Of a stretch of DNA of 64,000 bases, positions 27,487 through 40,145 are shown one piece after another; the first letter of the stretch is position 1, and each line of letters begins with the position of its first letter. The notes beneath the pieces were generated by a model that was not told where the DNA came from, did no database searches, and was given only the letters and a program-made list of their open reading frames with translations. Position numbers and translations under genes: made by a program. This stretch comes from Octopus sinensis (lineage: Eukaryota): the NCBI RefSeq assembly GCF_006345805.1, contig NC_042998.1, positions 18,538,001-18,602,000 of the forward strand, given 5' to 3'.

Positions 27487-27701
27487 AGGCGAGGAGCTGG
27501 CAGAAACGTCAGCGCACCAGGAGAAATGCTTCTTGATATTTCGTCTGTCTTTACGTTCTGAGTTCACCGAGGTCGACTTTGCTTTTCATCCTTTCGAGGG
27601 GGGAGGATAAACAATTAAGTACCAGTTGCGTACAGATGTCTATTTAATCGACTGGTCCCCTCCCCCAAAATTTCGGGCCTTGTGCCTAGAGTGGAAAGGA
27701 A
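27487..27701 (+). mobile_element. SINE family A (GGGCCTTGTGCCTAGAGT tail type)
   Basis: Head, central domain and the alternative tail also seen at 1963-2353. Confidence 0.85.
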
Positions 27702-27723
27702 TATATAATTCTTAGATTTATAT

Positions 27724-28105
27724 ACTCTTTCTTTACTCTTTTACTTGTTTAAGTCATTTGGCTGCGGCTATGCTGGAGCACCGCCGTTAATCGAGCAACT
27801 CGACCCCGGGACTTATTCTTTTGTAAGCCCAGTACTTATTCTATCGGTCTCTTTTGCCGAACCGCTAAGTAACGGGGACATAAACACACCAGCATCGGTT
27901 GTCAAGCAATGCGAAGGGGACTAACACAGACACACACACGCATATATATACATATATACGACGGGCTTCTTTCAGTTTCCGTCTACCAAATCCACTCACA
28001 AGGCTATAGTAGAAGACACTTGCCCAAGATGCCAGGCAGTGGGACTGAACCCGGAACCATGTGGTTGGTAAACAAGCTACTTACCTCACAGTCACTCCTG
28101 CGCCT
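27724..28105 (-). mobile_element. CORE-type SINE family B
   Basis: Near full reverse copy with CORE-like GGCA.CTTGGGCAAGTGTCTTCTACTATAGCC and a (GTAAAAGA)n-type tail; small internal deletion. Confidence 0.9.
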
Positions 28106-28233
28106 ATACGCTAAAAAATAATTTTTGGGAATTGCAAAAAATTGCAACTTAAATTTTACGTTCTATTTATTGTTGTAATACAGTATGATCAATACAAACA
28201 CAACTACATAAAGGGATAGCATAATATAAATAT

Positions 28234-28580
28234 TTTTTATTCTTTTACACGTTTCAATCATTTGACTGCGACCATGCTGGAGCACCGCTCTTAGTCGAAG
28301 AAATCGACCGCAGAACTTATTGTTTGTAAGCCTAGTACTTATTCTATCAGTCTCTTTTGCAGAACCGCCAAGTTATCAAGCGATGATGTTGAGCAAACAT
28401 GGACACAAAGACACACACACAAATATATATATACGACTGGCTTCTTCCAGTTTCCGTCTACCAAATCCATTCTCAAGGCATTGGTCGGCTCGGAGCTATA
28501 GTAAAAGACACTTGCGCAAGGTGCCACTCAGTGGGACTGAACCCGGAACCATATGGTTGGGAAGCAAGCTTCTTTCCACA
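28234..28580 (-). mobile_element. CORE-type SINE family B (diverged)
   Basis: Reverse copy with an internal deletion in the 3' half. Confidence 0.85.
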
Positions 28581-29937
28581 TTTCTAATGCTATTTCAAAT
28601 TAAACTAAATACATTTAAGCAATTTTTAGAAAATGAACGCTTTCGTACGGAAATTCAATAATATCTTGCTGTACGTGGATCATAATAAACAGTACTAATT
28701 AAAATGTGAATATGAACGACATTTAACCCCATATCTAGCGTACAACCACTCCCTCAACGATTTGTCTCTTAGTATGCATAAATTTATCATAACGCTTAAC
28801 GGAAATCCCATTTAAAATAACATAAATTGAAAGAAAAATGAACAACGTTACATGTCGTTGTCCAAGTGTATCTGGTGTTTAAAGGATATCATATCATAAA
28901 GATATATAAACTAATCTACACATTTTTGAACACTTATATTGTCATGTACGTATCAAATCTAATCTCCCAACGACTGTTTTCATGAAGGTATAAGTATAAA
29001 TTAAGGCCTACTAAAATTCAAATCTTGGGTTTGTTTAGTTTCATTCAAATGTATATCTTTATATAGAACTAAACATGTAAGGAGTTTTCAGATACCAAGT
29101 ATATTTATTGAAATAGGATTATTTCTAGTCATGACCAAAGTGTTATGTATCTGACATAGATTTCATCACTAGCCATTACAATTTGGGTAATTGGCACAAC
29201 CTATTTCAGCACCGTGCCTCTTTACACTAGAGTCACAACAGCCTTCAGTCTCTACTTTCAGTGACATAGTTAGTAATAATCTAAATGTAACAGCTCATTA
29301 ACTGTTGTAGATCATCAGTGACAGCTAAGCGGATCTGGCTGACTAATTTCATCACAAAGTAGTCTGTGTAACGTGATACGTTGACATCTTGGTTGCCGTG
29401 CTGGTAATTTTATCGATTTTGTCCCTTCCACATATACTAAGGACATGAATTTGAAATATAAAATATTCTTCTTAGAATACTATAAAAAATATTATGAATA
29501 ATGATGTTTCCGCAGGTTTTATAAATATTCATGAATTCCTCTGCAGCAAAGATGTTATTAAAAAAATTATTAACTAAGCATTTCAATAAATTAAGAGATC
29601 ATACGATTCATATGGAGACATGAGCAGAATTATAATACAGTGTAAATGTGTAGATAAAGCTTCTTCAATAGAAGTAATTATTCAAAATTCCATAAATTCC
29701 TGATATAATATTGAATGAACCACTATTAGTGCATATCATCCAGTTTCGATTTAAATATAGTTCAAATGATTTAATTTCCTAAAGCAAAACGACTCTGATT
29801 TAATTACGCGTAATCAGGATAATTATTCTGATAAATATGGATAATTTTCTCAATAGTACCCACTGACACTACTATGTTCCTTTTAACCCTGGAAATGGAT
29901 TTTGAATGAATAGTTAAGGAATGAAGTAATTTATTGA

Positions 29938-30772
29938 TACTCAAAACTTATTTATGTTATTACCATTGGAGTTCAGTTCTTGAAATTGGTATATAGACAT
30001 ACAGCTAGTCCCATAATGCATATAGAACGTTCTGTGTGGGTGGAGGCGCAATGGCCCAGTGGTTAGGGCAGCGGACTCGCGGTCATAGGATCGCGGTTTC
30101 GATTCCCAGACCGGGCGTTGTGAGTGTTTATTGAGCGAAAATACCTAAAAGCTCCACGAGGATGGTAGTGATCCCTGCTGTACTCTTTCACCACAACTTT
30201 CTCTCACTCTTACTTCCTGTTTCAAGGGGCCGGCCTTGTCATTCTCTGTGTCACGCTGAATATCTCCGAGAACTACGTTAAGGGTGTACGTGTCTGTGGA
30301 GTGCTCAGCCACTTACACGTTAATTTCACGAGCAGGCTGTTCCGTTGATTCGGATCAACCGGAACCCTCATCGTCGTAACCGACGGAGTGCTTCCATCCA
30401 TCCATAGAACGTTCTGTGTATCTGATAAATGGGCGTCTTCATTCGGAGACGCACAAAAGAATGAAACTCATCTACACGTATGAAACCCTATACTCACATT
30501 ATACTCACAGACCAGACAAGGATTCTCATATAATTCAAGACAGCAAGGAAATAAAACACTTAATTTACAGCGTACTAGCCACTCAGATCAGGTTGTTCTT
30601 ATTTGATCGTGTTCACGATATTGCACTTACTTCTGGATATAAGCTATCACGTAATAAGATACGCACTACGATAGAGCTTTTCAATAAACACATACTGTTT
30701 GTGTACGTGCATGCAAGTATATGTCAATATATGTGTGTATATAGGAATACATGTTGGCTGTCATTTCTGTAA
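29938..30772 (+). pseudogene. 151-codon open frame interrupted by the SINE insertion
   Basis: Removing the SINE and one TSD joins YSKLIYVITIGVQFLKLVYRHTASPIMHIERSV in frame to YLINGRLHSETHKRMKLIY...SFL*. No homology recognised. Confidence 0.3.
30038..30403 (+). mobile_element. SINE family C, tail type i, with 16-bp TSD
   Basis: TSD ATAGAACGTTCTGTGT at 30022-30037 and 30404-30419; (CCAT)n-like end. Confidence 0.95.
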
Positions 30773-30949
30773 TCTTTGTTACACAACTGACGGAAATGGT
30801 TTTAGCATTTTTATGTTGAACCGTTTGTACTACCTACAACAACCAATAATAACGCATTGCTAAACAATTATTGTACAAACATTTGTTTTTAACAGCAACC
30901 GATTAAAGCTGACAGATCTACATTTGTCTATGTCATTCCTTGTTCACAG

Positions 30950-31110
30950 TTTTTTTCTTTGAAGCAGTACAAATAATAAATAAATGTCAAGCTCTACGCC
31001 GCGGTGTACACATTTTATGCTTAACACTTCGTTTACTAATTACACACTTTCGCTTTCTGAATACTTTTGCTATTGACGACAACTTGGCGTTTTTTCCTCT
31101 TTGCTGGAAG
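30950..31110 (+). CDS. Candidate exon (unnamed gene model)
   Basis: CATTCCTTGTTCACAG|..FFFEAVQIINKCQALRRGVHILCLTLRLLITHFRFLNTFAIDDNLAFFPLCWK|GTATAT, phase 1 to 0. Confidence 0.3.
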
Positions 31111-32013
31111 GTATATTAAAATGGTAGTGGTACCTGTAATACGCGATTGAGTTAATTCAATATACATTTCTCCGAAGTGTAAAAGATAATCCCAGGTTTT
31201 ATATCAAATCTAGAATTACAAATTACGATCAAATTCTTTGATACAAATAACAAATCAATTTAGTACAAAATAACGTACAGCTTTTGTGCTGGAATTATTG
31301 TGAAGTGTTTTGTTATTCGTTTGAAACTTAACACTGAAACTGATGAGAAACTGGAAAAAAAAAATTAGAAATCCCCGTCTCTCCTCTCTCACTTTCACAT
31401 GTATAGTACTAAAATAATGATTATATTTATAACCTTAACTTGTTTTTGACATGAACCAAATGAGAAAAATAAATAAAGAAGATCTACTTGCAATAAAGCG
31501 AAAGTATTATATTCTCAATACTATTTGCTATTGTCTGTTCTTTAATTTAGATTTTATTGAGTATTCACTCGTTTGGTATTCATTATATGAGGAAATTATT
31601 GATGCTGATGTTGATGTTGTGAATCACCATCGACATTGTTCTCGCCGTCTTCATCGTTGACGTTGTAAGTCTGGTTTTTAAATTTAACAATAGATTTTTC
31701 AGATTCTAACGTACAACAATAATATCTATACTGAAGCTGTCGCAAAATAAAACGGATTCTTTCATAGTTGACGATAATTCGTTATGTTATTATTCTCCGT
31801 CTTTTCTTTCAATTCATTAATTCTATTGTTTTGCATTTATTATACTTGTAGTTATTGAACACCATTACACTTCTCAATTTTAAGAATTGCCCTGTTGGAA
31901 ATGTCAGAACAAGGTCTCTTTTTACGGCACTCGAACTTGTCTTTACAAACAAAAACAACTGTATTCTTCAAAATGTCTGTATTATTTGATTCCTTCTTTC
32001 CTACGACAAACAG

Positions 32014-32076
32014 TTTTAGACTTCAACACAGAATAATCTTTGATATAATAAATATGTGTTTGCTTCAACTTAGGAG
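32014..32076 (+). CDS. Candidate exon (unnamed gene model)
   Basis: Polypyrimidine..AAACAG|FRLQHRIIFDIINMCLLQLR|GTAAGT; consensus donor and only one open frame. Confidence 0.25.
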
Positions 32077-32521
32077 GTAAGTAAGTGTTGAAATTTCGAA
32101 TATCATATGTGCATGCTATACATACGTATATGCACATATAATTACATATCTGTTTGTTTGTGTGACATGTACGAATGTGTGTACATATGTATGTAAGTAT
32201 ATCCTACGCGCCGCCCCAAATAAATTATATGCAGATGAGGTCGGTTAAAATGTTACATCCTAATACATTGCTGATATAAATTTACATATTTTGCGATATT
32301 GTTTCAAAATCCTCTACTAGGCAACGAATATTGATACATCTTTTCTGACGAGGAACAAGTATCACGAGATTGATCTATACGAAAAGTACGTTCTTTTACA
32401 GTTTGGTTTCAGCCTCTACAATTCTCGCTGCGTTTTTCACATATCTGCTTATTCCAGACATGCGTGTCTGTGTTCGTGCGTGCGAGAGTGTATGCCCGCA
32501 CATATATATATATAGAGAGAG

Positions 32522-32918
32522 AGGCGTAGGAGTGGCTGTGTGGTAAATAGCTTGCTTATGAACCACATGGTTCCGGGTTCAATCCCACTGTGTGGCACCT
32601 TGGGCAAGTGTCTTCTACTATAGCCTCGGGCCGACCAAAGCATTGTGAGTGGATTTGGTAGATGGAAACTGAAAGAAGCCCGTCGTATATATATACATAT
32701 ATATATGTGTGTGTGTTTGTGTGTGTGTCTGTATTTGTCCCCCTAACATCGCTTGCCAACCGATGCTGGTGTGTTTACGTCCTCGTAACTTAGCGGGGAC
32801 GATAGAATAAGTACTAGGCTTACAAAGAATAAGTCCTGGGGTCGATTTGCTCGACTAAAGGCGGTGCTCCATCATGGCCGCAGTCAAATGACTGAAACAA
32901 GTCAAAGAGTAAAAGAGT
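32522..32918 (+). mobile_element. Full-length CORE-type SINE family B
   Basis: GCGTAGGAGTGGCTGTGTGGT head, GGTTCAATCCC B box, CORE-like block, internal (TA)/(TG) repeat and AAAGAGT tail. Confidence 0.95.
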
Positions 32919-33589
32919 ATATATAAAGTAGATGAATCAATGGCAAGTATTTGAAAGAAGCGAGATGTTTCGTGCATTAATTATTGAAACCTATTCTTTG
33001 GTAGTGCCAAATAAATGCGTGAATCAATAGTTATTTGTTCAAAGGTGCGTGAGAAACAACGTACCTATCTATTTATCCAGTGTATTAATCATTTAATAAT
33101 TGTCCGTATTTATCGTGAAAATCCATCTTTTCATAGGATTTGAGTAAAACCGTTGGTGTCAACTAATTCCTACAGCACTTAATTATACCAGATTAATAGG
33201 ATCTTTTTTACAAATAAATGAATTTCATGACCTACAATGGATCCTACACCTGGCACTCACATTACATTGATAACCAACCTGAAGAGCCGCAACTATTCAT
33301 TTCAACTACATGTTTCTATTTCAAACTTCCTAAGCCACTTTGTTTCTGTCCCTCATCAACACACATGCACACACGCACACACACACACTCACACACATAA
33401 GCGCACGCACACACACGCACGCGTGCACACACATTTATGGACATAGACTCACATGTGCATTTTTCCTTTTTACATGATATATCGAATTTTTAATTATCTA
33501 GTACAAAGAAAGTATATCGCCAAAATGTAATGTTTCAAAAAGCTGAAAATATTATAGGGTAGGTGCATCCCTATATTTCAAGCAAATAA

Positions 33590-33821
33590 GGCGGCGAGCT
33601 GGCAGACACGTTAGCGCGCTGGGCGGAATGCTTAGCGGTATTTCGTCTGCCGTTACGTTCTGAGTTCAAATTCCGCCGAGGTCGACTTTGCCTTTCATCC
33701 TTTCGGGGTTGATAAATAAAAGTACAAGTTTTGTACTTGGACCGATGTAATCGACTTAATCCCTTTCTCTGTCTTTGTTTGTCCCCTCTATGTTCAGCCC
33801 CTTGTGGGCAATAAAGAAATA
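33590..33821 (+). mobile_element. SINE family A with 18-bp TSD
   Basis: TSD TATATTTCAAGCAAATAA at 33572-33589 and 33822-33839. Confidence 0.95.
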
Positions 33822-33908
33822 TATATTTCAAGCAAATAAAGTATTTGTGAAAGACATGATCTGCTGACACAGTCTAAATTTAGTAATGGCAAATGATATA
33901 TTATCAAA

Positions 33909-34139
33909 GGGCGGCGAGCTGGCAGAAACGTTAGCACGCCGGGCGATATGCGTAGCCGTATTTCGTCTGCCGTTACATTCTGTGTTCAAATTCCACCGAG
34001 GTCAACTTTGCCTTTCATCCTTTCGGGGTCGATAAATTAAGTACCAGTTACGCACTGGGGTCTATGTAATCAACTTACTCCGTTTGTCTGTACTTGTTTG
34101 TCCCCTCTGTGTTTGGCCCCTTGTGGGTAGTAAAGAAAT
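33909..34139 (+). mobile_element. SINE family A with 13-bp TSD
   Basis: TSD ATATATTATCAAA at 33896-33908 and 34140-34152. Confidence 0.95.
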
Positions 34140-34905
34140 ATATATTATCAAACGGATAGGCATATATGAGAGATCTTTGATTTATGTTTTAAACTTATAT
34201 GAAACGAATGGAAAAAAGATTTTATATTTGTAAAATATTGTATATTTATATCTACAAAATACACATAGATATCATTGGGGCTCATTATCCTCTAGTATGT
34301 ACATTTATGTCTTAGTGTGCACAAGTGTATGTTGGTGCTTATATAATGAATGTTCTTTATCTTCCAAACTCACTATGGAATTGTGTTTGTTTGCTTTCCG
34401 AAGAAAAATATTCCTAATTCAATACGTGTCAATTGTTTTTGCTAAAAATTCTGCAAGCACCTATTTCAGCCGATACATATTGTTAGGGAAGTAGAATACC
34501 TGGTTATACATTTTCTAAAGATATAATTTTAGATATAATAATTTTATTAAGTGCCCCCCTGTTAGAAACAAATATTTCCAAACATTTAATAAAATGTTCC
34601 AAAATTTAAATTTAACGGACGATTAGACTTATGTTAACGACAAACTTAATCGGTAATACGTAAATCTATTTCCTGGAATAATCGTATCAGTGATTATGAT
34701 AATTCGAAAATTATACGTGCATACATAATATTATGAAATTTGCGAAATTTTGCGAGTTTTAGAAAGCAAATTGCTGTGTAAAACTAATATGGAGATGATT
34801 AGTTTCAGGTATGTTAGCTGGAAATCATTTTGTTTTTGCATAGTAATATGATGCATATTTTCATCTTTAGTCTCTGAAATCGCATTATGTATGATATATT
34901 TCTAG

Positions 34906-35012
34906 AACACCTCTGCAAACATTGTTGTATCTACACTCTGCATCCAAAACGATTGTACGGTTATACCGGGAGGAATTACTCTGCCTACCAACGAAATCAC
35001 GCACGGTTTGAG
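34906..35012 (+). CDS. Candidate exon (unnamed gene model)
   Basis: ATATTTCTAG|..HLCKHCCIYTLHPKRLYGYTGRNYSAYQRNHARFE|GTTACT. A second frame is also open to this donor, so the frame is uncertain. Confidence 0.2.
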
Positions 35013-35133
35013 GTTACTACTTTAAATATAGATTCTATATATAAAAAAATCACAAACTATAGTATAGTCACTAAATTTAGTTTTACATGATATTCTTCTG
35101 GGGGATGTTAGACGTAAATATTCACTTATGTAG

Positions 35134-35313
35134 CTTGGAATACAGCCCAGAGAACTAAAACATGTGATTATTATTAGTAATTCCGCCGATAAAAATACTT
35201 TTCTTAACATATTTCGCACATACTATCTAAACTTTCATAGAGATGTTACAAAACAAAACAAACCGCAAATAATAAACAATTCAGTCGTCCATTACACTAG
35301 GCTGAAAATATTT
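35134..35313 (+). CDS. Candidate exon (unnamed gene model)
   Basis: TTCACTTATGTAG|LGIQPRELKHVIIISNSADKNTFLNIFRTYYLNFHRDVTKQNKPQIINNSVVHYTRLKIF|GTGAGA, 180 nt, phase 0 to 0. Confidence 0.35.
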
Positions 35314-35404
35314 GTGAGATTGCTTCGTGTATGTTTATTACACACACACACACACACACACATACATACACACACACAGACACACGCGCGCGCGCGCACA
35401 CACA

Positions 35405-35617
35405 GACATGTGATAGACCATTTGCTCCCTCACGCATTTTTTCTCTCCTTGTTTCTCTCTTTGTTTCTTTTCTATGTATCTTTCTGTCGAAGAGCGTAGG
35501 CTCGAAACGTAAAAGACTTGTTCTATTTCTATTCCTGAGCGTCATACTAATACATTTGTTCGTTTGTACTCCACCTGCCTTCGTCTTTTGTTTATTTTCG
35601 TAAACCTTCCCGTTACA
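35405..35617 (+). mobile_element. Solo PLE terminal repeat, family P2
   Basis: Matches 55715-55900 (GATAGA.CA.T.GC..CT.CAC..GAAGAGCGTAGGCT.GAAACGT..CC.GAGCGT..TACTAATACAT.TGTT.GTT) and ends in (TA)n. Confidence 0.8.
35479..35516 (+). ncRNA. Hammerhead-like motif (P2, A6U core variant)
   Basis: UCUUU-CUGUCGA-A-GAGC[GUAG]GCUC-GAAAC-GUA-AAAGA: 5-bp stem I and a palindromic ACGU stem III. Confidence 0.6.
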
Positions 35618-35636
35618 TATATATATATATATATAC

Positions 35637-35828
35637 ACTTTTACTCTTTTACTTGTTTCAGTCATGTAACTGTGGCCATGCTGGAGCACCGCCTTTAGTC
35701 GAGCAAGTCGACCCCAGGACTTATTCTGTGCCTAGTACTTATTCAATCGGTCTCTTTTGCCTAACCGCTAAGTTACGGGGACGTAAACACACCAGCATCG
35801 GTTGTCAAGCGATGTTGGGGGGGGGGGA
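35637..35828 (-). mobile_element. SINE family B, 3' half
   Basis: Reverse copy from the tail to the internal CCCCCC..AACATCGCTTGAC. Confidence 0.9.
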
Positions 35829-35914
35829 ATAATGTCTTCGTATTATCCTGATCACCTCGTCTACGCATAGTCCCCGATATGTTGCTGAAGTAGCAATGAA
35901 ACAGTCACTTATAG

Positions 35915-36074
35915 ACGCAGGAATGGCTGTGTGGTAAGTAGCTTGCTTACCAACCACATGGTTCCGAGTTCAGTCCTACTGCGTGACACCTTGGACGAGT
36001 GTTGTACTAAAGCCTCGGGCCGACCGAAGCCTTGTGAGTGGATTTGGTAGATAGAAACTGAAAGAAACCCATCG

Positions 36075-36147
<73 letters not shown>

Positions 36148-36390
36148 TATCTATATATGCATGCGTCTGTGTGTTTGTGTGTCCGTGTTTGCTCCCCACC
36201 ATCGCTTGATAGCCGATGCTGGTGTGTTTACGTCCTCGTAATTTAGCGGTTCGGCAAAAGAGACCGATAGAATAAGTACTAGGCTTACAAAGAATAAGTC
36301 CTGGAGTCGATTTGGTCGACTAAAGGCGGTGCTCCAGCATGGCCGGAGTCAAACTGACTGAAACTGGTAACAGAAGAAAAGAATAAAAAG
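35915..36390 (+). mobile_element. Full-length SINE family B with expanded internal (TA)n
   Basis: Head at GACGCAGGAATGGCTGTGTGGT and tail ending GAATAAAAAG. Confidence 0.9.
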
Positions 36391-36736
36391 AATTAGTAAA
36401 CACGTAAGAACGTAGATTTATTTGCAACGAAAATAGAGTTAGTTAGAAATAAAATAACCCAAAGACATACCTCCTAAAGGCAAATAGTAACATAATGTTG
36501 ACATGCAAAACACGGTAAGCCTTGCATAATTCCTCAGAGAAACTAATGCATTCGAAATACTAAATTTAAAGTATTTGTTGTGTTTTCTTCATGTATTCCC
36601 CACCGTGACCACTGTATTCCATATATGGAAATGATCACTAATTTTATTATAAATCCATTATCCACAATTAGTTTAACCTTAAGTTAAACTATTGGGGTAT
36701 CATCTGTACCACAAAGTTTCGGCTCTCACTCTGCAG

Positions 36737-36989
36737 GTCATGAAATTACATTATCTCACAATAGTTAGGAACCTTCCGCGAATATCAGTTTGTTCCTTAT
36801 CTCTCCTGTATACACTCTGGCATCTGTGGAACGCGTTGTTAGCGCAGAAGCACTTTTATTATTCTACAAGCATTAAAATATGGCTCAATTGGGATGGGAT
36901 GATGTTTATCAAACAGCTGCCGCATCAGCCTGAGAATTCAGCAGTCACATGTTTTCACGAAAAGTTCAATGACATCTGTTTTCGAGAAG
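36737..36989 (+). CDS. Candidate exon (unnamed gene model), within the longest non-repeat ORF in the track (148 aa)
   Basis: CTCTCACTCTGCAG|VMKLHYLTIVRNLPR...KHFYYSTSIKIWLNWDGMMFIKQLPHQPENSAVTCFHEKFNDICFRE(G)|GTAATT, 253 nt, phase 0 to 1, phase-compatible with 35134-35313. Confidence 0.4.
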
Positions 36990-37363
36990 GTAATTTTCTT
37001 CATTCATACAAACGAAGGTGGATCGATGACATCAAGAAAACATCACATGCAGCACCTAACTCCTTACAAACACACAAACATACACATGAACGGATTCTTC
37101 TTGTCTTTCAATATGGGAAAAGCGGTCTAACTAAATAAGTTATATTGTGGTTACTACATGATAAAATAAATCATAAATTAGGTTTTGGTTCCACAAGAAA
37201 CCATCGCGACATGTAGTATGAATTTAATAACCATAAGATGTCAGGCTTCGTGGCAGTAGAAACTGCATCACAACATTATCCTGAAGACATCTCAGTAACA
37301 GATGTTTTCATTTTAGCAGTTACACAAAAATAGCATTTCTGAAATTGCACTGTACTATGTATA

Positions 37364-37842
37364 CAGGGGTGGCCAAAGGTCTCCCAATAGTAATTCAAAA
37401 TTCCATAAATGCTTAATTTTCAATTATATTCATGGGGTGGTTGTATACTGTCAACCTCACGTGACAGTCCCGTAAAGGGAATTAACTTCACCGTTGTTTA
37501 GCCCTAGGGAGCATCGACGCTTCCTGTCGGCCTTGACACATTTCCTGTTTCCTTATAAATTTACGAAGGGGAGACAGACACCCCCAACAGCTAGGCCTGC
37601 ATCTAGAGACATGCATGTTCCTGGGTCTTGCCCATCATCATTCTAGAGTAGCAAAGGCCTGCTAGCTGAAGATATCTGTCTTTATATTATTTATCCATTT
37701 CGAAAAATGGTGTCGTTCAAGAATCTTCATGATGTTTCATATTTATATGTTTTTATAAAATTCATTCAGTTGTTAAACATAAATAAATCTTGACATTAAA
37801 TGGTTTGGATTTACTGTCAGGTGACTTTTGGTCAAAACCCTG
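37364..37842. mobile_element. Possible degenerate Tc1-type MITE with a GC-richer internal insertion (~37424-37690)
   Basis: TA|CAGGGGTGGCCAAAGGTC versus the reverse complement CAGGGTTTTGACCAAAAGTC. The right TA is absent. Confidence 0.3.
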
Positions 37843-38040
37843 TCTGTCATGTTCGTTGGAGACTAACCCAATATGAGGAGCACTGGAGCATTACTCTTGT
37901 TCTACGCATCCGCTCGAGCAGATAATTCTGAAAGTGTGAGTCTGAGATACAATCGCAATTACATATTTCGTTCTTAGTTGCAATTTTAGTGAGGATTTCC
38001 GATAGAAGCGTTAATTAGTCTTTCGCATACTCAAGCGCAT

Positions 38041-38325
38041 GGGCATCTGTTTGTTTGTTCCTTCTCGAACCATGCCTGGCTCATAAGGGTAGGTTTCCCT
38101 TTTTCCTCGGCATATAGGCTCCCCACCTGGACGGGACGCCGGTCTGTCGCAGTGAGCTGTAAGATGCAGGAGGAAAGAATTAGAGAAAGGTGTGGCGAAA
38201 AAGTCAGCAGAAGTTCGCCATTACCTTCTGCTGGAGCCGCGAGGAGCCTAGGTGTTTGTCTCATAGACACACACATCGCCCGGTCTGAGATTCGAAACCG
38301 CGATCCCTCGACCATTACGCCATGT
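38041..38325 (-). mobile_element. SINE family C-related, tail type iv
   Basis: Shares GATCGCGGTTTCGAATCTCAGACCGGGCG and the central AG-rich block. Ends ...GAGAAGGAACAAACAAACAGATGCCC. Confidence 0.75.
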
Positions 38326-38897
38326 GCTTCGCTGCATGGACATCTACCAAATACAAAGCTATATGCTCAAAGATAATAGATCTAGAGAGGAAGCTGACTA
38401 AACGGTATGTAATCAATGAGAAGTGACGGAAAGGCTTTGGAAAGTGACATAATTGTAAGATAAACAAATGTGTCTTTTTTTATTTGGTATAGAGTTGAAA
38501 TTTCATTTGTTGATAAAAACAATGGCAAATAAGTGTTTGTTTTTTATTTCATTATTTTTCAAGCTTGAACTCAAAATTACGAAGAGCGGTGTCTGTAATA
38601 CATAACAACAATGACCTTAAAGATAATTAGCAATCAATTCCGCGGAGATTAATTATACGATACCGTGGTTCCTCTTTAGAGTGTTCAGTTTAACGTTGTC
38701 TTCTGTATATATATTTTACATAAATATTTTACATAATTAAACTGAAGCTCAATAAAAAATATATTCCATTTCTGAAAGTATGTTTGATAAAATAACATCA
38801 AATACAAACAAAAATTTATTTTAAAAAGTTGTTTAATCAGCTGAAAGCAAAATTATTACTGATGTACATGTATTTCATATGACATTATGCAAACTCC

Positions 38898-38940
<43 letters not shown>

Positions 38941-39322
38941 ATATTATATATATATATAATATTGTATATATTAGGGTGAAAACTTAATAATCCAGTAGAG
39001 TGAAGGGAAGCATGTTGTATACTGAATAAGAGCTCAATGGATTATATGTGATGCTAGCATTGATATGTGACTTATCATATCAAAAGCTATAGATTGGATG
39101 ACTTAACGGTGTACGGTATTTAGGTTAGTCGTTTCATATTCTCATTTTTAAAGAACCCTTAATCCCTCTGGTATTCAGAAATTGCGAGTCATTGAAATTC
39201 ATCCTTTCCGACAGGACATTTAAGAAGTCAGTAACAGAATCACATACATTCATATGCAGAAGTGCCCGTGCGCTCGCACACGCGCGCACATGTATATATA
39301 TTTTTTAAAAATTTCTTTATGC

Positions 39323-39751
39323 GCACTTTTCCAAGACTAGGTACACTCATGGGACCGGTTTCCCGGTTTCTGTGGCGTATGTGCCCCCCCACCCCACCCC
39401 AGCTGGATGGGACGCCAGTCCATCGCAGCGTTACACAAGAAACAGGAAGAGAGAGTGTGAGAAAGTGGAGGTGAAAGAGTACAACAGGAATCGCCACTAC
39501 CCCCTGCCGGAACCTCGTGGAACTTCAGGTGCTTTCGCTGAATAAACACACACGGTCTGAGAAGAGAGAGTGTGAGAAAGTTAGGGCGAAAGAGTACAAC
39601 AGGGGTTGCGACCACCCCCTGCTGGAGCCTCGTGGAACTTAAGGAGTTTCGCTGAATACACATACACAACGCCCGCTCTGGGAATCGTAACTGCGATCCT
39701 CCAACTGCGAGTCCGCTGTCCTAACTACTGGGCCATTACACCTCCACACAC

Positions 39752-39802
<51 letters not shown>

Positions 39803-40108
39803 ATATCACGTGATCACGTGACCGACCAGACCATCAGATGTTGTTACACTCGCTGGTCAATGCGTTCGCATTGTTTTAGCCTTTGAATGACGCCATCTCG
39901 CTGGCTAAGCGAGCAGGCCAACGAGAAAAGAGTGGGAGAAAAGAGTGGTGAAAGAGTACAGCAGGGATCGCCACCCACTGCCGGAGCGTCGTGGAGGTTT
40001 TAGGTGTTTTCGCTGAATAAACACACACAACGCCCGCTCTGGGAATCGAAACTGCGATCCTCCAACTGCGAGTCCGCTGTCCTAACCACTGGGCCATTGC
40101 GCCTCCAC
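39323..40108 (-). mobile_element. Three stacked SINE family C copies (tail ii, headed partial, tail iii)
   Basis: ~39323-39556 is tail ii with a truncated head; ~39557-39745 is a headed partial; ~39806-40108 ends GGTCGGTCACGTGATCACGTGA. Confidence 0.85.
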
Positions 40109-40112
40109 ACAA

Positions 40113-40142
<30 letters not shown>

Positions 40143-40145
<3 letters not shown>

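Noticed and set aside
30041-30115. tRNA-like cloverleaf (also at 52672 and 63898)
   Set aside because: The D arm pairs but the anticodon and T arms do not. It is the head of SINE family C with body and TSD, not a tRNA gene.
37279-37310. CCTGAAGA-CATCT[CAGTAAC]AGATG, hammerhead-like with a 5-bp stem
   Set aside because: Followed by TTTTCA instead of GAAAC, so the core is incomplete.
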